A stretch of 64,000 nt of DNA, taken from Pseudovirgaria hyperparasitica. Taxonomy: Eukaryota. The stretch lies in NCBI GenBank assembly GCA_010093815.1, contig ML996565.1; one strand, 5' to 3'. Positions 11,830 through 25,278 of the stretch are shown here, in pieces (the stretch's first letter is position 1; every line of letters begins with the position of its first letter). The notes below the pieces were generated by a model that did not search any database, was not told where the DNA came from, and saw only the letters and a list, made by a program, of their open reading frames with translations. Position numbers and translations under genes: made by a program.

Positions 11830-13400
11830 GGTCCCACGCCTAGCGACTTTCTTCTTCCTTAACTATTCTTACGCCTACTATCTCGATACCGCATAGTGGC
11901 TACCACGATATTAGTAAACTCGTATACTACCTCGCAGCTTCCATACTATTATTATAAGCGCTCTAGGCCTAAATAGTCCTATTATAGAAGCCGGCGCCGT
12001 ATCGGCGGTAGCTATAGGTGCTAGAGCTTAGGACCCCGACGATCGTCGCGCGCCTAGGCGCTAGGAACCAGCCGATCGTACCGTGAGTGGGTCCTGTCCC
12101 TACGCCGTTCCTCATACTAACTAGATAGACTATTCCTCCTACCGTACCCCGATAGGCTAAGCCTATTCGCCGTATAGGGCTATATATTATAGAGGGTAAC
12201 TTATTAGAAGACGAGCGTACCGAGTCCGTGTACTTCGTATATCGTATATATATAAAGACCCTAGAGAAAACTAGGGTACTTAGGTATATGCCGTCTCTGC
12301 GCCGTGGCGGCGCCTACTAATCTTAGAGCGTAGCTATAAGCCTAGCCGCGGCACTAACTATATAAAGTGCCACACGTCGAAGGGGACCTACTTATAGAAT
12401 ACTAAGGAGCTTGCTACGCACCCGGCCTTACGTAAGGCGCAGAGTCGTCTTAAAAAGTTTATACACGAGTCGGTTAATAATAACTTTAGCTATATAACGG
12501 ATCGTGGTAGTCGCGGCCTAGACCCGACAAAGCCTTTATCCGGTAAGTAGCCGCGTATAAACTCTAAGTTCTACCGTCTATATAAGGACTATAAGTCTAA
12601 CTTAGAGATTACCTATATCGCGCGACGTAACGCTAGTATTGTTAGTTAGGCTCCTATAACGCCTTATCGTGGCGCTATAACGTCGTTTAAGCCGCCGTAT
12701 CGCGGTAGTAGTAACCGTGGCTAGATTAGTAGCGTGATTCACTAGATGAATTAGTATATGTCCCATAACGAGGCCTAGATAGGTAAGCTACGCACTAGTG
12801 TCGGCACCTTATAGGTATATAAGCTTTATAAGCCTAAATACCTATTCTAACGCGTGACGTAGGGCACCATATAGTAAGTCGCGTCCGGGTTGGCCCGCCT
12901 AGCGGAGCTACTATCTCGCCGTCTTATTACTTAGGTAGTCATGGAGGATAAGGAGCCCTTATTAGATAGTAGCCGCTCGCGCCGACCCCGGCCCGTAGGC
13001 TATAGAGAGTCGCCGACTCGGAGCTCTCGTCATCGCCCTATTAGGCCCCCCTAGCTCCCTATTACCGCCCCTCCTCGTAAGTCCTCGCCGTCTTATCGTT
13101 AGCCCCGGACCCCTCCTCGCTACCGTGACCGCTCCTAGTCCTACGAGCGTCGTAGCCGGTCCCCCGCCTACCGCGATCGGTCTCCCCGCCGTTATAACCG
13201 GTCGTATAACTATTAGGACCGGTCGCACGACCGTCGCCGTCGCTCGGGTAGCCGTTAGTATCATTCCCGCGAGGATCGTCAAGCGTCGCGCCGCTATCGG
13301 TCGCCGGCCCGCCCCCGCCATGACCCTCCCGTAGACGAGTACGACTCGCCCTCGCCACCCGCCTAGATTAATGGCCGCCGCCGTCGTTAGGAGATAGCCT
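11830..13400 (+). pseudogene. Element D antisense accessory gene (RIP-decayed, spliced)
   Basis: Intron signals GTGAGT..CTAAC..TAG (~12083-12128) and GTAAGT at 12542; CxxC-x6-C-spaced codons at 12359-12391; R/P/S-rich low-complexity tail. Exon phases not all resolved. Confidence 0.5.
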
Positions 13401-13619
13401 AGGGGAGGACTAGGTGACTAACCTTATATTAGGATTTACGGATGAGGACGGTACCGGCCCCGGCGCCGTGTAAACCTAGGGTAGGGCTAGGTGAATAACC
13501 TTTTCATGTCTTAAGGCGGGTGTCGGTTTATTATTAGGTTACACTAGGTACTAGCGTTCGGCGTTTATTTCTTTCTTTCCTAAAATCTCTACTCTTATAT
13601 TAGGTTGTCGGGGCCGCCG

Positions 13620-16600
13620 TGGGCCTATAATAGTAGAGTAATATTACTACTTAGGGATGTGTTAGAGTCGTAGGCCGTTATATAATCGAGCGTCGCCATA
13701 TCTAGACTCGAACCGGTCTAGCGCCTCGGTATCTTCTACGTCCTCAAGTAGGACCTATATTAGTTATAACTAACCTTTCTACTTTACGAGCACCTGTCGC
13801 TTATTCCGCCCCCGTGTATTTTTTATACGTAGGATGTCCTTAACCTTATACTCCGCGACGTCCTCGTCTACTTCGTTAAGCTCGAGCGCTAGGCCCGGGC
13901 GGGTATCGAGCCGCTCTTAGCTAGGTAGGGGGTCCTCTACGGCGCGCTTGATAAGGCTTATATAGACTATTTTATAAAGGTCTCCGGGGAGGTTAAGGGT
14001 TACTATTAAGGGGGTAGGTTAGGCTATAACCCGGTATTTTACCTATAGCTAGTCGAGCTTCCGGCTTAGGCGGTTAGTCTTTATGTTCCGGAGGGAGAAC
14101 TATACTATATCGCTAACCTTAAAACGCTTAGCCGGGCGTCGTAACCGGTTTACCGAGTCTTAGGAGCGCTGCTCGGCCTAGGTAATAGCCGCTTAAGCTA
14201 AGGTAGTGCCGTCCTAAAGGTGTTTAAGGAAATTCATAGCCTAACCTTTCGCCGAGGTCGTAGAGGCGTTAGGGAGTGGCTACCGTGGCAATAGTTCGAC
14301 GTAGTATCCGTTTAGGAGTAAGTTTAGCGCTATACTAGTTACTAATAAGGTACGGTTATTAAGGGCGAGCTAACATACCGGGAGATATTCCGGCTAGTTA
14401 GTTTACTCGAAAGTCACTATAACGCGTAGTATAGCCTGCACCTCCTGGTTCGCACGCTTAGTACCGCCGTCCGTCTACGGGTAGTAGGCCGTAGAGAGGT
14501 CCTAGCGCACACCTATTATGGAGTAGAGGGTTATCTAGAACTACCTAAGCTAGTCCGAGCCCCGGTCCGTGATTATCAACTAGGGGAACCCCTAGAAACG
14601 CCACCACGTGTTACGGAACCGCGTAGCGTAGTCCTCGGCCACTATAGAGGTTATCGCCTCTAGCTAAATAAACTTTAAGAGCCGGTCTATAATAATAAGA
14701 AGATATCGGGGCCGGGACGGGTCCGATTAGGGGAGGTCGGTCATAAAATCTATAGAAATTTAGGACTAGAACTAGTCCGGCGTCGGAAGAGGCTAGAGGA
14801 GGCCAGGGGCCTTACGTTAGTTTATATAGGCCCTATAGTAGTTATAGTTTCGCACGAACTACTAGATATCGGCCTATATCCGCTCCTAGTAGTACTCCCG
14901 CCGAATGGCTACGTAAGTCTCGTTCTTACCGGGATGGCCCGCGAGGGGGGAGGTATAGGACTTCTAGATAATGGTCGTGGTAAGGGGTTCCCACTCGGGC
15001 ACCTAAATAACCCTCCGCTATATTAGTGTTCCGTATACCGATATAGCGTAGTCTATAACCTATTTAGTAGTAAGCGCCTCCGGTAGGAAGAGGCGTGCCC
15101 CGCCTACCACGGCCCCGTGGCGGGCCCGGTATACCGGGACTAACTAAATAGCCTAGTCCTAGAGCTCCTAGAGGTGGGGGTTGGTAAAGATGCTTCGTCC
15201 CTAGGGGAGATAGGACTCCCCGGAGCGGGTACTTACTAGTGCTATTCTAATGGCCCGTGGGGTCATGAGCCGTCCCCTTAGGAGGGACTTTTTAGATAAG
15301 TTCTAGTCACGGCGGCTTAGGGCATCCGGGCGGGCCGCCTAGGATCCCGGCCGGTATACGAGATCGTAGTTAAATAGTATAAGCTAGTCGGACCATCGTT
15401 ACTACCGTGGGATAAGAAGGTAAGACTTAGTAAAGTACTCGAGGTTTTTATAGTCCGTATAGACCGTGAAGGGGTGGTAGACGCTTTAGAGCTTAGGTTC
15501 CCACGCCTAGAGATACTAAACTACTATAAGGAGCTCCTTATCATGGATCGTATAGTTCCGCTAAGCGGCCGTGAGGGCCGCGGAATAGTAGGCCACCGGG
15601 TACTAAATACCCCGAACCTTTTAGGATAGGCATCCACCCGTCGCGTGTCCGGAGTAATCCGCCTCGACTATTATATCGCGTGTCTCGTCCTAGGACTAGA
15701 GGATTAGCCCGGTAATGAAAGCGTTCTTTAGCGTATTAAACGCGCGGTCCTTGGCCGGGCCCTAGTAGAAGGCCGTCCCGGCCTTAGTAAGGGCGTGGAG
15801 CGGGGCCGCTATGGTAGAGAAGTTAGGGAGGAAGTTATAGTAGAAGTTTACGAACCTAACGAACCGCCGGACGCCCCGGACCGTAGTTAGGGGCTTCTAG
15901 TCCCGGATAGCGGCGATCTTCTCCGGGTTAGGGCGGATTAACTCCCTAGCGGTAATAACGTAACCTAGGTACCGGACCTCCTTAGTAGCGAAACGGTATT
16001 TAGTAAGGTTATAGTAAAGGTCCGCCTTTATAAGGAGAGATAGGATAGTTTTTACGGCGGCCTAGTGGTCTTCTAACGTGCCCGGGGTGTATATAAGGAC
16101 ATTATTAAGATACGCTATATAGGTAACCCCGAGGACCCCGCTTAGTGCCCCGTTAATATAGTACTAGAAGGAGGTAGGGGCGCCGGAGAGACCGAAAGGG
16201 AGAACTATCTATTCGAAGAGGCCGAACCGGGTACGGAAGGTCGTCTTATGTTCGTCCCTAGCGGCGACCTATAGTTTATGAAATACCGCCCGGATGTCCA
16301 CCTTACTAAACCACGACGCATTACTAATGGTGTATAGGGTCTCGCGTATGAGTGGTAGCGGGTATCGGTCCTATTCAGTAATGCTATTAAGGGCCCTATA
16401 GTTAATATATAGCCGCTACTTCCCTCCCGGCTTAGGGATAAGGAGTACCGGCGCCCCGGCCGCTAAGGAGCTAGCCCGTATCCATCCCTTATCTATGAGA
16501 TCCGTAAGCTAGCGACGGAGCTCCACGAGTTATTTCTAAGATATAGCGTAGAGGGGTCCCTAGGGGAGGTTCATGGGGGTTCCCGCCGGTATAGACTTAA

Positions 16601-18630
16601 TGCGGATATAGTAGTCGGTGTTCCCTCTATGGGGAGGTAGCGCCGACGCCTTTTCCTTATTAAAGAGATCGCGGTAGGTGTATAGCGTTAACGGGAGCGG
16701 GCGCCTATCCTCCGTAAGCTTAGTCGCGTCCCGGCCGGTTACCGGAGGTGACTAGGGGAGCATAAGTTATAGGAGGCGGGTGACGTCGCGGATACTAGTA
16801 GCGACTACTCGCCTACGGCGGTAAGCCGTCTCTAGACCCCTAGGAATATAGCCCTTCTTGGTAAGGACCCGGATGCTTATTAGGCGTCTATAGGTATTAA
16901 TATCCCGGGCTATAAGGCCGTGGGCGCGGTAAAGCGTGATTTCGCCTACGCGTATATCGATAACGGCGCCGGCCTAGTAGAGCCACGGGCTCCTAAGGAT
17001 GAGGTCCCGGTTAAGCCCGGGCACCATATAGGTGGTAAGGCGTTATCGCTACCCCGCGATGTCATACTAGATGGTAACGACTTCCGTAATCTCCGGTCCT
17101 AACGCTCCGTTAGCGGCGAGAGCCACTCGACGACGTAGAACCGAGATACACGACTTAGCCACGTCCGCCGTAAGGGCCGGGCTAACCGCCGCGAAACACT
17201 CGCACCCTATATCTACTAAGGCGTCCATATGCTTCCTATTCTAGAGGAATAGCGATATAATGGGTGGGGGTCCGTCCATAACCCGAGCGGGCGCGCTGTC
17301 CTCTAGGTCGGAGCCGTTATCCGGGTCGCCCATGGCTTCGTTCCTTACTAAATGTGGTAACGTCCCCCGACCCGGGCTTTAGTAGGGGGCTATACTTCCC
17401 CCGCCTTAGAGTTAGAATTAGTATTATCCTAAGCCGGGGCCGCAACCTTAAGCGCTCGTATATTAATAGCGTTTAGACAGCCCCGGTGTTAGTAGCCAGC
17501 CTAGCCGCACCGGGTATACACGCCCGCCGTGCGGCGCTCCTAGAATAAGTCCTTCGGGATCCACGAAGGAGTCTCTTTCTTCTTAACCCCGTCCCTACCC
17601 TTTACCGTTAGAGACGCGGCTCGCTCCTTACCCTTTATCTTAACGGCCTTAATAGCGACCGCCGACATCGTCGTGTCGCCGTCCTTATCCTTACTAGGCC
17701 TATTTTAAGGTGCGGCGCTTTGCCTAGTGCGGAGCCGGAATAACTCTATATCTATGCCGATATCCCGAAGGCGGCCTACGGCGGCCTTATACTAGTCTAG
17801 GAGGCCCCGGTTTAGGGCCACCGCCTAGGTCTCCTAGTTAAGGCCGTCCCGGAGCCGCATAAGCTTCTAGTCGTCGGCCTAGTATATTCCCCTAGCCTCC
17901 TAGAGGGCGGTATAGAACCGCACGAAGTACTCCATAAACGGCTCCTTTACCTTTTACGTAATTATATTTAACCGCTAGAGGGCCCGCTCTTTGGCATGTG
18001 TGTCTCTAAACTAGAATTTAAGGTAGTCTAAGAACGCGTGCGGGTCCTAGTCGCCGTTTAGCCCCCTAGTGGAATACACGGCGCTAACCCCCCTCTATAC
18101 CTTAGGCGCTAGGTTAGCCTAAATAAGGGCTATTTAGTCCCTATGGGTGCCGATAAAGTCGGCGTCCCGGGTAATCTTATACCGTATCGTGACGGACCAT
18201 GTACGGAAAAGGGCCTTAGACCCGTTATACGGGTCGCCAAGGGGGAGGGGCTTCCTCTTAGGAGCCCGGTCGAGTATAATATACGGCGTAGAAAGTGGTA
18301 AGGCGGGAGCGCGCGTAGGAAAGGCTGGTTCGGGCCCGTATAGGCGTTAGGGCGCTACCGGGGAGGAGTCGGGCTAGGGTAGGGACGAGTCGCCATAAGT
18401 TAAGGTAGCGGGAGTACGGCTATGTAACTCGACCGTAAGGAGGCGGGCGTCGATACGTTATAGAGCCGTATAGACGCTATATTCGATATTAGATATCCGA
18501 GACTCGCTTACCGCTTAGACGGCCGTAATAGACTCATGGATAGACCGTATCTCGTCCCGAAAGCTAAGGAAGGAGTTAGAGAGTTACCGTATTAGATTAG
18601 AGTCTTACGGGTTAAGACTGTCTTATACTA
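13620..18630 (-). pseudogene. Element D gag-pol (zinc knuckle, PR, RT, RNase H, IN, chromodomain)
   Basis: After reversing RIP: CTRCGQAGHQHRGC ~17480-17525, AYLDDVLI ~16095-16120, chromodomain-like EY.V.DIL...VLVKWKGW..PTW ~13700-13860. Confidence 0.85.
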
Positions 18631-18912
18631 TAAGGCCACGTATAGGAAGAGATAATCGAAGTTAAATTAATGTAATAGATATAACCAAGGTGTTACTATA
18701 ATGGTAATTAAGATATATTATGATTTAACTTAGTGAGTGTAGGGATAAGCCGTATAGTTATAGCTTTAAGTATAGTCTTAAGCGAGGTCACGTGATACCC
18801 CTATACTAGTCTCCATCCGTCCCGGCTCCGTTATATAATGCTAGAGATAAGGCAAAGCCGAAGTCTATAACAAACACGTTAATTATTTTTAATACCTATT
18901 GATATTTCTAGC

Positions 18913-19280
18913 CGCCGCGAGATCCCTAGCGCCTAGGCTATCTATTCTAGGGAGTCTATCCTAGCTATAGAGGCCGTAGAGAGGATTCGCTCTATCCCCT
19001 CTCGTCCGTCTCGCGCTACTAATAGATCTTATAAGAGGTCTACTATTTCTCCCTCTAAGTCGCCTTATAAGAGGGTATATATTCCCTTCTAGATTATTCT
19101 AGATTATATTAGCTAACTTTAGACCTAGTCGCTGCGCTCCGGCGCTTAAGGCTCTTCCCTCTAGGCTCTAATGGATTAGGTTATTACTCTAGAGGCTAAG
19201 GTTATTACCCTCCGCCGCTATATCGTGCGGTTAGAGAGGACTATACTAGAGGTTATAACGGATAATAAGATAGAGGAGTA
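18913..19280 (+). pseudogene. Element B1 antisense accessory gene, 3' exons
   Basis: Frame resumes after acceptor TTTCTAG ~18911; further intron GTATAT..GCTAAC..TAG ~19075-19122; charged coiled-coil-like end. Confidence 0.45.
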
Positions 19281-19849
19281 GCTCTATGGTTCTGGCTCTG
19301 TGTGTTAGCTCTATATATTCTAGATCTACTATAGGTGGTGCGCGCCGGCTCTATTTACCTGGCTTTTATCCGTTTTAGTCCTTTTTTAGACCGTTTAGAT
19401 ACCCGTCGGCTAGTTTCTAGTAATTTAATTCTTAACTTAACGATATTATGTGTGCGCTCGCTTAGCTTATAACTATCGGTTTCTATATTCTAATTTTCCT
19501 TAAGTCACCTAAGTATAGGCACCGTATATTAATTAGTTTATCTCTATGAATTCTATTAGAGTACCTAAACTAGTAGCCTAGTAGTTATTAGTTCGGGTAC
19601 TCTAACCTTTTATATTTTATGTTAAGAGTTTAATTCTATGGTAGGGTATCTTTTTTAGGTTCTTAGTCCTATATTTTTCTCGTATATAATAGTCCATATT
19701 AGTCTATTCTAGACTCTTCTATTATAGTATATCGCGTTACGTTTCTAAAATAGTTACTTACGCTTTCTTCGCGTCTAGTAACCGTGCGACACTTAAATTA
19801 TAGGGCTACCTTATAGAGTTTTCCTAGTGCGCGTCTAGATTTCCTAATT

Positions 19850-22800
19850 AAGTACTTCGTTCTCTATGATATCCTTCTTCTTTTTATAATAACCGCGACG
19901 TCGCTATGTTTATATTAATAATATACTATTCTATATCTTTTACTTATACGCAGCTATTATAGAACTTAAGATATATACCGCTGGTTCCTAGGTGTCCTCG
20001 TCCTTAGTGCAGTCCTTCTAACGGATTCTATATTTCTAAATACCATCTTTATTAATTCTATGTTTAATAATATAGTCTACTTCGAACACGTCTAGTCTAT
20101 CTTAGGGTATAATAGAGTATAACTATACGTTCGTGCGGTTATACACGTTAGGTTAAAATCTTTTAAGTAGTAAGACGTGGAACACATTATAGATTCTTAT
20201 ATCGCTTTCTAAGTCGAGCTTATAGGCTCTTATACTAATATAACGTTTGATTTAGAAGGGACCAGCTATTTTATAATTAAGCTTCTTATTTACTTATAAC
20301 GTTTATATATTATAGACGTTAAGAAGGACCTTATCGCCCTCCTCGTACGTCTAATCCTTAGCTAACCTATTATAGTACTTCGTATACGAGTCGTTTACTT
20401 ATTAGATTATAGCGCGATAGTTACGTACGGTTTTAAAGATTTTAATCGCTAATTCCTAAGCGTGGACGTTCACGTCTATTATTCGATTAAATTAGACTAT
20501 ATAAGGCTTAAAACCTATCCTTAGACTGCGTCCGAGGTTCGCCTAGAAAGGTATAATACTAGTCATGCTATAACGACTATTATTATATATGAACTCTACT
20601 ATACTTAGTAGGGAGGCCTAGTCGTCCTTACTCGAAATTATAGAATACGCGTAGATAGGCTTCGAGCGTCTAGTTCTATCGCTCTATCTAGCTATCCGTC
20701 TAAGGATGAAATACTATAGATATATTTCTATTCATGCTTACTATTTCGTAGAATAACGTCTAGAATTTAGACGTGAAGGTACTTCCTCGGTCCGTAACGA
20801 TCCTTTTTAGTATACTATAGACCTTAATAATCTCGTTCTAGAATACCTACGCTAGTTCTTTAGATATAATCGTCTTCTACACCGGGATATACCTAGATAT
20901 CTTTATAAGTCTATCCACGATAATAAGAATAGAATTATAACTTATTCTAAGTATCTCGCTTAGAGGTAAGTTAACTATAAAATCTATAGTAACGTCTTTC
21001 TATATAAAGAGGGGGACTAAAAGAGGCTATAAATTCCTATATAGCTTATACCTAGGGGCCTTCATTCTTTAATAAATCGGATAAGTAGCTATCTATTCTT
21101 CGACGTACTTAGGTATATCTTCCTAAAAATAGTACTAACGAATTAAGCTTAGGGTACGTATATACCTAAAGTGTCCTACTAGGTTAGCGTTATGGTATCG
21201 GCTAACTATATTAAATTACGCGTTATCTATTAGTATATAGTACTTTCTATTATAGTAAAGTAAGCCGTCTATAAAGGTCTACTTATAGTCTACTTTAGTC
21301 CGTAATAACCTATCTTACTATATTTTATATAACTTTAAAACTATCGGGTCTATCTTCTATAGATCTATAATTAACTAGGCGAGGTTAATTAGATATTCAC
21401 GCCAGGCATTATCACCCTTCCCAATAGCGCTAATAAACGGCCTACTAGGGACTTCGGTACCGCGTCTTTAGTTACCGGCTTCGGTCTTAGAGATTCGATT
21501 ACCGGCATCGACGTTAGTATCTCGCTAATCGTCTAATAACTTAAAATCTAACCTCGTCCTTAAGAGTTAGGCCTATAGCTACTCTAGGACCCTATAGCTA
21601 CTATAATTCTAGGCGCCTTCTTTATAGTTAGGTCTTCTTAATATTCTATTAGCTAGGTTTATACTTCTAGGTTAATAGTAGATTATAAAGTGAAAGTTCG
21701 TAAGCTACTTAGCCTATTAAACCTATCAACGGTTTAAAACCGTCATACTTATAAACCCCTTTAAGTTATAGTAATTAGTTAGTAACTCGACGTTATATAT
21801 AGTACCTTTAAGATAATATCGCTACTATTTAAATGACTCTACTATTACTAGTAGCTCTTAGTTATAGATAATATATCTAGTCTTAACATTAACTATTTTA
21901 CGCGAGAAGAACGTAACTAGATACTATTAGACCTTTTTAGACTTAGTTAGTCTAGGCTAGGAGAGAATACCTAAGATTATAAATTCTAACGCGTCGGTTT
22001 CGACGTGGATAGATTTAGTTAGATCGAAGTATACTAGTAATGGGGCAGTAATAAATACCTCTTTGATTTTCTCGAAGGAGGCCCTTTCGCCTTCTAATAA
22101 TTCTATAGGCTACAATTTAATATTACGCTATTTCTATCTACCGCGGACCGTAATAGACGAATCTATAGTAGTAGTACGCGCGTTAAGCGGTGCTACTAGC
22201 CGGGAGAAGTACTTAACGAATTTTTAGTAGTAATTAGCGAATCTAATAAAGACACGTATATCTTAAACCGATTTTAGTTTAGGCTAGTCCACGATAGTAG
22301 CGACCCTATCCCTTTCTATAGTTATACCTTAATTAGTAATAACGAAGCTAAGGAAGTTAACGTGGTCCTAGTAGAACTTATATTTAGATAGCTTAATATA
22401 TAGCTTATATTTTTCTAGTCTATCTAGGACTACGCGTACGTGCTAGATATATTCTTCTTCGTTATTAGAGAAGATAAAAATGTCGTTAAGGTATACGATG
22501 CACGTCGTGTTAAGTAGGCCTACTAGCGCGTTATTAATGTACGCTTAGAAGGTCCCTAGCGCGTTAGTTAGTCTAAAAGGGACTACTATATACTTAAAGT
22601 ATCTATAACGGGTCCTAAACGCCGTTTTCTACTTATCGCCCTTCTTAATATATAGGCGGTAGTAGGTATCGCGTAGATCGAGCTTAGTAAAGATCTTCGT
22701 ATACCCTAGTCTATTAATAGACTCGGAGATAAGAGGTAGTAGGTAACAATTCTTTCGCGTAATATTATTTAGGCTATAGTAGTCGATACATAGACGGAGA

Positions 22801-25000
22801 CTCCTATCCTTCTTCTTTATAAAGAGGATTAGAGCTCCGGCTAGGGATATACTAGGCCTAATCTATTCTCGCGTAAGGTTCTTTTCGATGTATTCTCGGA
22901 GGACCTATAGCTTAGGTTCTAATAGAGGGTAGATAGGTCCGTGTGGGGGTTATTAACCGTTCTTAAGGTTAATAGTAAGATCGGTAGATTGGTATTAAGG
23001 TAATTCGGACGAGTCGATCGCTAACGCGATATATTAGTATATTTTATACTAATATAGTAGGTTTTCGTCTACTTTAATACTAAGTTCTCTATTTTAAGTA
23101 AGTAAGAGGACGTAGATAGTAGAGATTACCTTTTTATAGTTCTTCTAGAATTATTTATCGTTAACTAGCTATACTAGGTTCTATTATAGTGGGTGCATGC
23201 ACTAGCCAGCTATTTTCTAGATAAAGTCTAGTTTCGGGTTATATTTTTCGAGCTATAGTATACCGAGAATCATGTTAAAGGGGCTATCTACTACGATAAA
23301 GGTTAAGTAGTAGGGTTTCTACTTCCCCCCGCTATCCTAGATACCGTATTTAATAGTATAGGTACCCTACGATTTAATAGGACTATCGATACTATAGAAG
23401 GTAGTATCTATTAATACTTAAATATCGACGTTAAGTTCTCGTGCTTATTAAGTCGATATAACGTTAGTAGCTAAACCGCTATTAAGTATTACGGTCTAAT
23501 GTTATCCACGGGGGACCTTAATAGGCCTAGCCTATAGTTCGATATACTAGTTAGCTAGTTATCCCTCTATTTTAGTTATATCTATAAGTCACGAGGGTTT
23601 CTCGTAGGTAGTTAGTTTTTTATATTATATACTAGGTAGTTAGGCGCGATATATCCTAGCTACTAGTACTTATAGTATATAACTAACTTAGTATCTATAT
23701 TAGTATTCAGTGGTTTCCTAGAGCGGTACTCGGGTACTATATGGCCTATCCTACTATAAGTATAGTAGGTGACTTTAGGTCGTTTATACGAGTCGTTTCT
23801 CGCGTCTTAATATATCGACCGGTAGAAAGATCCGCGGTATAGGCCTCGTCCTCTTAAGTTCGTAGAGTAGTAGTACCCATAAGGTATTCCGCGCGATCTA
23901 TTACTAAACCGGTCCTCTTTAGATGATTTCGTATCGGATTAGATTAGTAGGGATAGTCGTGCGCCTATACGGCGTTGGTTATTTATTATATACTAGTGTC
24001 GTTCTACGAGATTCGCGAGTGCCTAAAGGTTAGTAGAGATAGACGTTATAAGGTTAATACGTTTCTTTACGCTCGGATTAAGGGACCTTTTAAAGTCGTC
24101 GTATTATTAAACCATATAATCTTTCTCGGCTTCTCTCTAGAGAGGTCGGAGGTATTTAAGAAGTTATAACGGGGATTATCTTTCTCGCTATTAAGTCTTA
24201 AAGATATAGCTCTAAGCCTATTCGCGTCGCTCGGCTCTATCGCCGAAGTATTAAAGAAGGAATTCGGTGAACGTGTCCTAGTTATACGTATCCTTAGAGT
24301 GTTTAATTCGATATACCATCTAACGTTTAGATAGCGTTAGGTCTAGGTAGTTCTATACGAATCTAATCTTATTACTATCGTTCGTGAATAGGTGGAAGAA
24401 TCGGCTATACTAGTAAGTCTATTCGTGAAAGCTCCTTCTAGTTTTACCGTCGAAGTAAGGTAGTTTCTTAGGCTAAGGTAACTAGAATAGTAATAGACTT
24501 AGTTAGACTATTTTAGCTTAAGTTAGTCTATATTAGTATAGGTTAGTTACTACTAGTACTAAAGCGCGTAGTACGGCTTTGAGTCTAGTAGTTTATCCTT
24601 ATACTTTATTAAGTTCGCGAAGTTACTACTCGAGCTAAGTCTAACGCTACCTCTCTATATATAGCTTAGTATATACGTCGTCGTAAGGCGTGGTTAATAT
24701 TAGTTAGTTCTAATAAATTAGTTCGTTAACGTTAATAGGGTCTAGTCTTATAGTAAGGATAGGTCTAGTATAGTATAAACTAGACCGCGATGGAGTATAA
24801 TAGACTCCTTCCTTATTATCTAGGTAATCTTCTATGGTTATACGGAATACCGTACTAGTTATTAGTGCGATAGCCTATAGGGTATGCTCGTCGGTGGAGG
24901 TGGTCGTAGAGAGACTATTCTCTTCGTTTAGATTTAGAGAGAGTCTCTCGTATAAGGTAGTACTACGGGTATTATAGCGCGTAGTAGAAGCTATCTCTAT
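19850..25000 (-). pseudogene. Element B1 gag-pol
   Basis: Reverse complement of B2 gag-pol; RT core (CIVYLDDI, RIP-altered) ~22475-22505. Confidence 0.87.
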
Positions 25001-25035
25001 AAGCTACCGTCGTGCTATATAGAGAGGAATTAAAA

Positions 25036-25273
25036 TATAAAGAGTAAAGACGTAGGATAGTAGTCTAATAGTTTATAGAGAGATATAGGAATATATTTAT
25101 AGAGTAGTCTTACTCTTATACGAGGTTGATTCCTAACGAGTAGGAATCGGTTTATACGGTCTACTTATATAGTAACCTCGCTTAACCTAGCTAACTCATC
25201 CCAGCTCTAGCCGCTACGTGGCTGCATGGATTAGAATAGTCTATATAGGTCCGTTAGGGTTCCCGTTCTAACA
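25036..25273 (-). repeat. Element B1 5' LTR
   Basis: Direct repeat of 9001-9238, ends ...CTAACA followed by TSD CTCGT. Confidence 0.92.
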
Positions 25274-25278
25274 CTCGT

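Larger units (their letters stand above)
11210..18872 (-). mobile_element. Chromovirus-type Ty3/Gypsy element D (7.66 kb), RIP-inactivated
   Basis: 202-bp TG...CA LTRs 11210-11411 and 18671-18872; TSD AACA (11206-11209 / 18873-18876); polypyrimidine (minus-strand PPT) at 11412-11425. Confidence 0.93.
9001..25273 (-). mobile_element. Chromovirus-type Ty3/Gypsy element B, copy 1 (nested in A; ~8.0 kb without inserts)
   Basis: 238-bp LTRs 9001-9238 and 25036-25273; TSD CTCGT at 8996-9000 and 25274-25278; reverse complement of copy B2. Confidence 0.93.

Noticed and set aside
12962..13358. Short minus-strand ORFs in the ORF track within element D
   Set aside because: Shadow frames of GC-rich low-complexity sequence; intron signals point to the plus strand.
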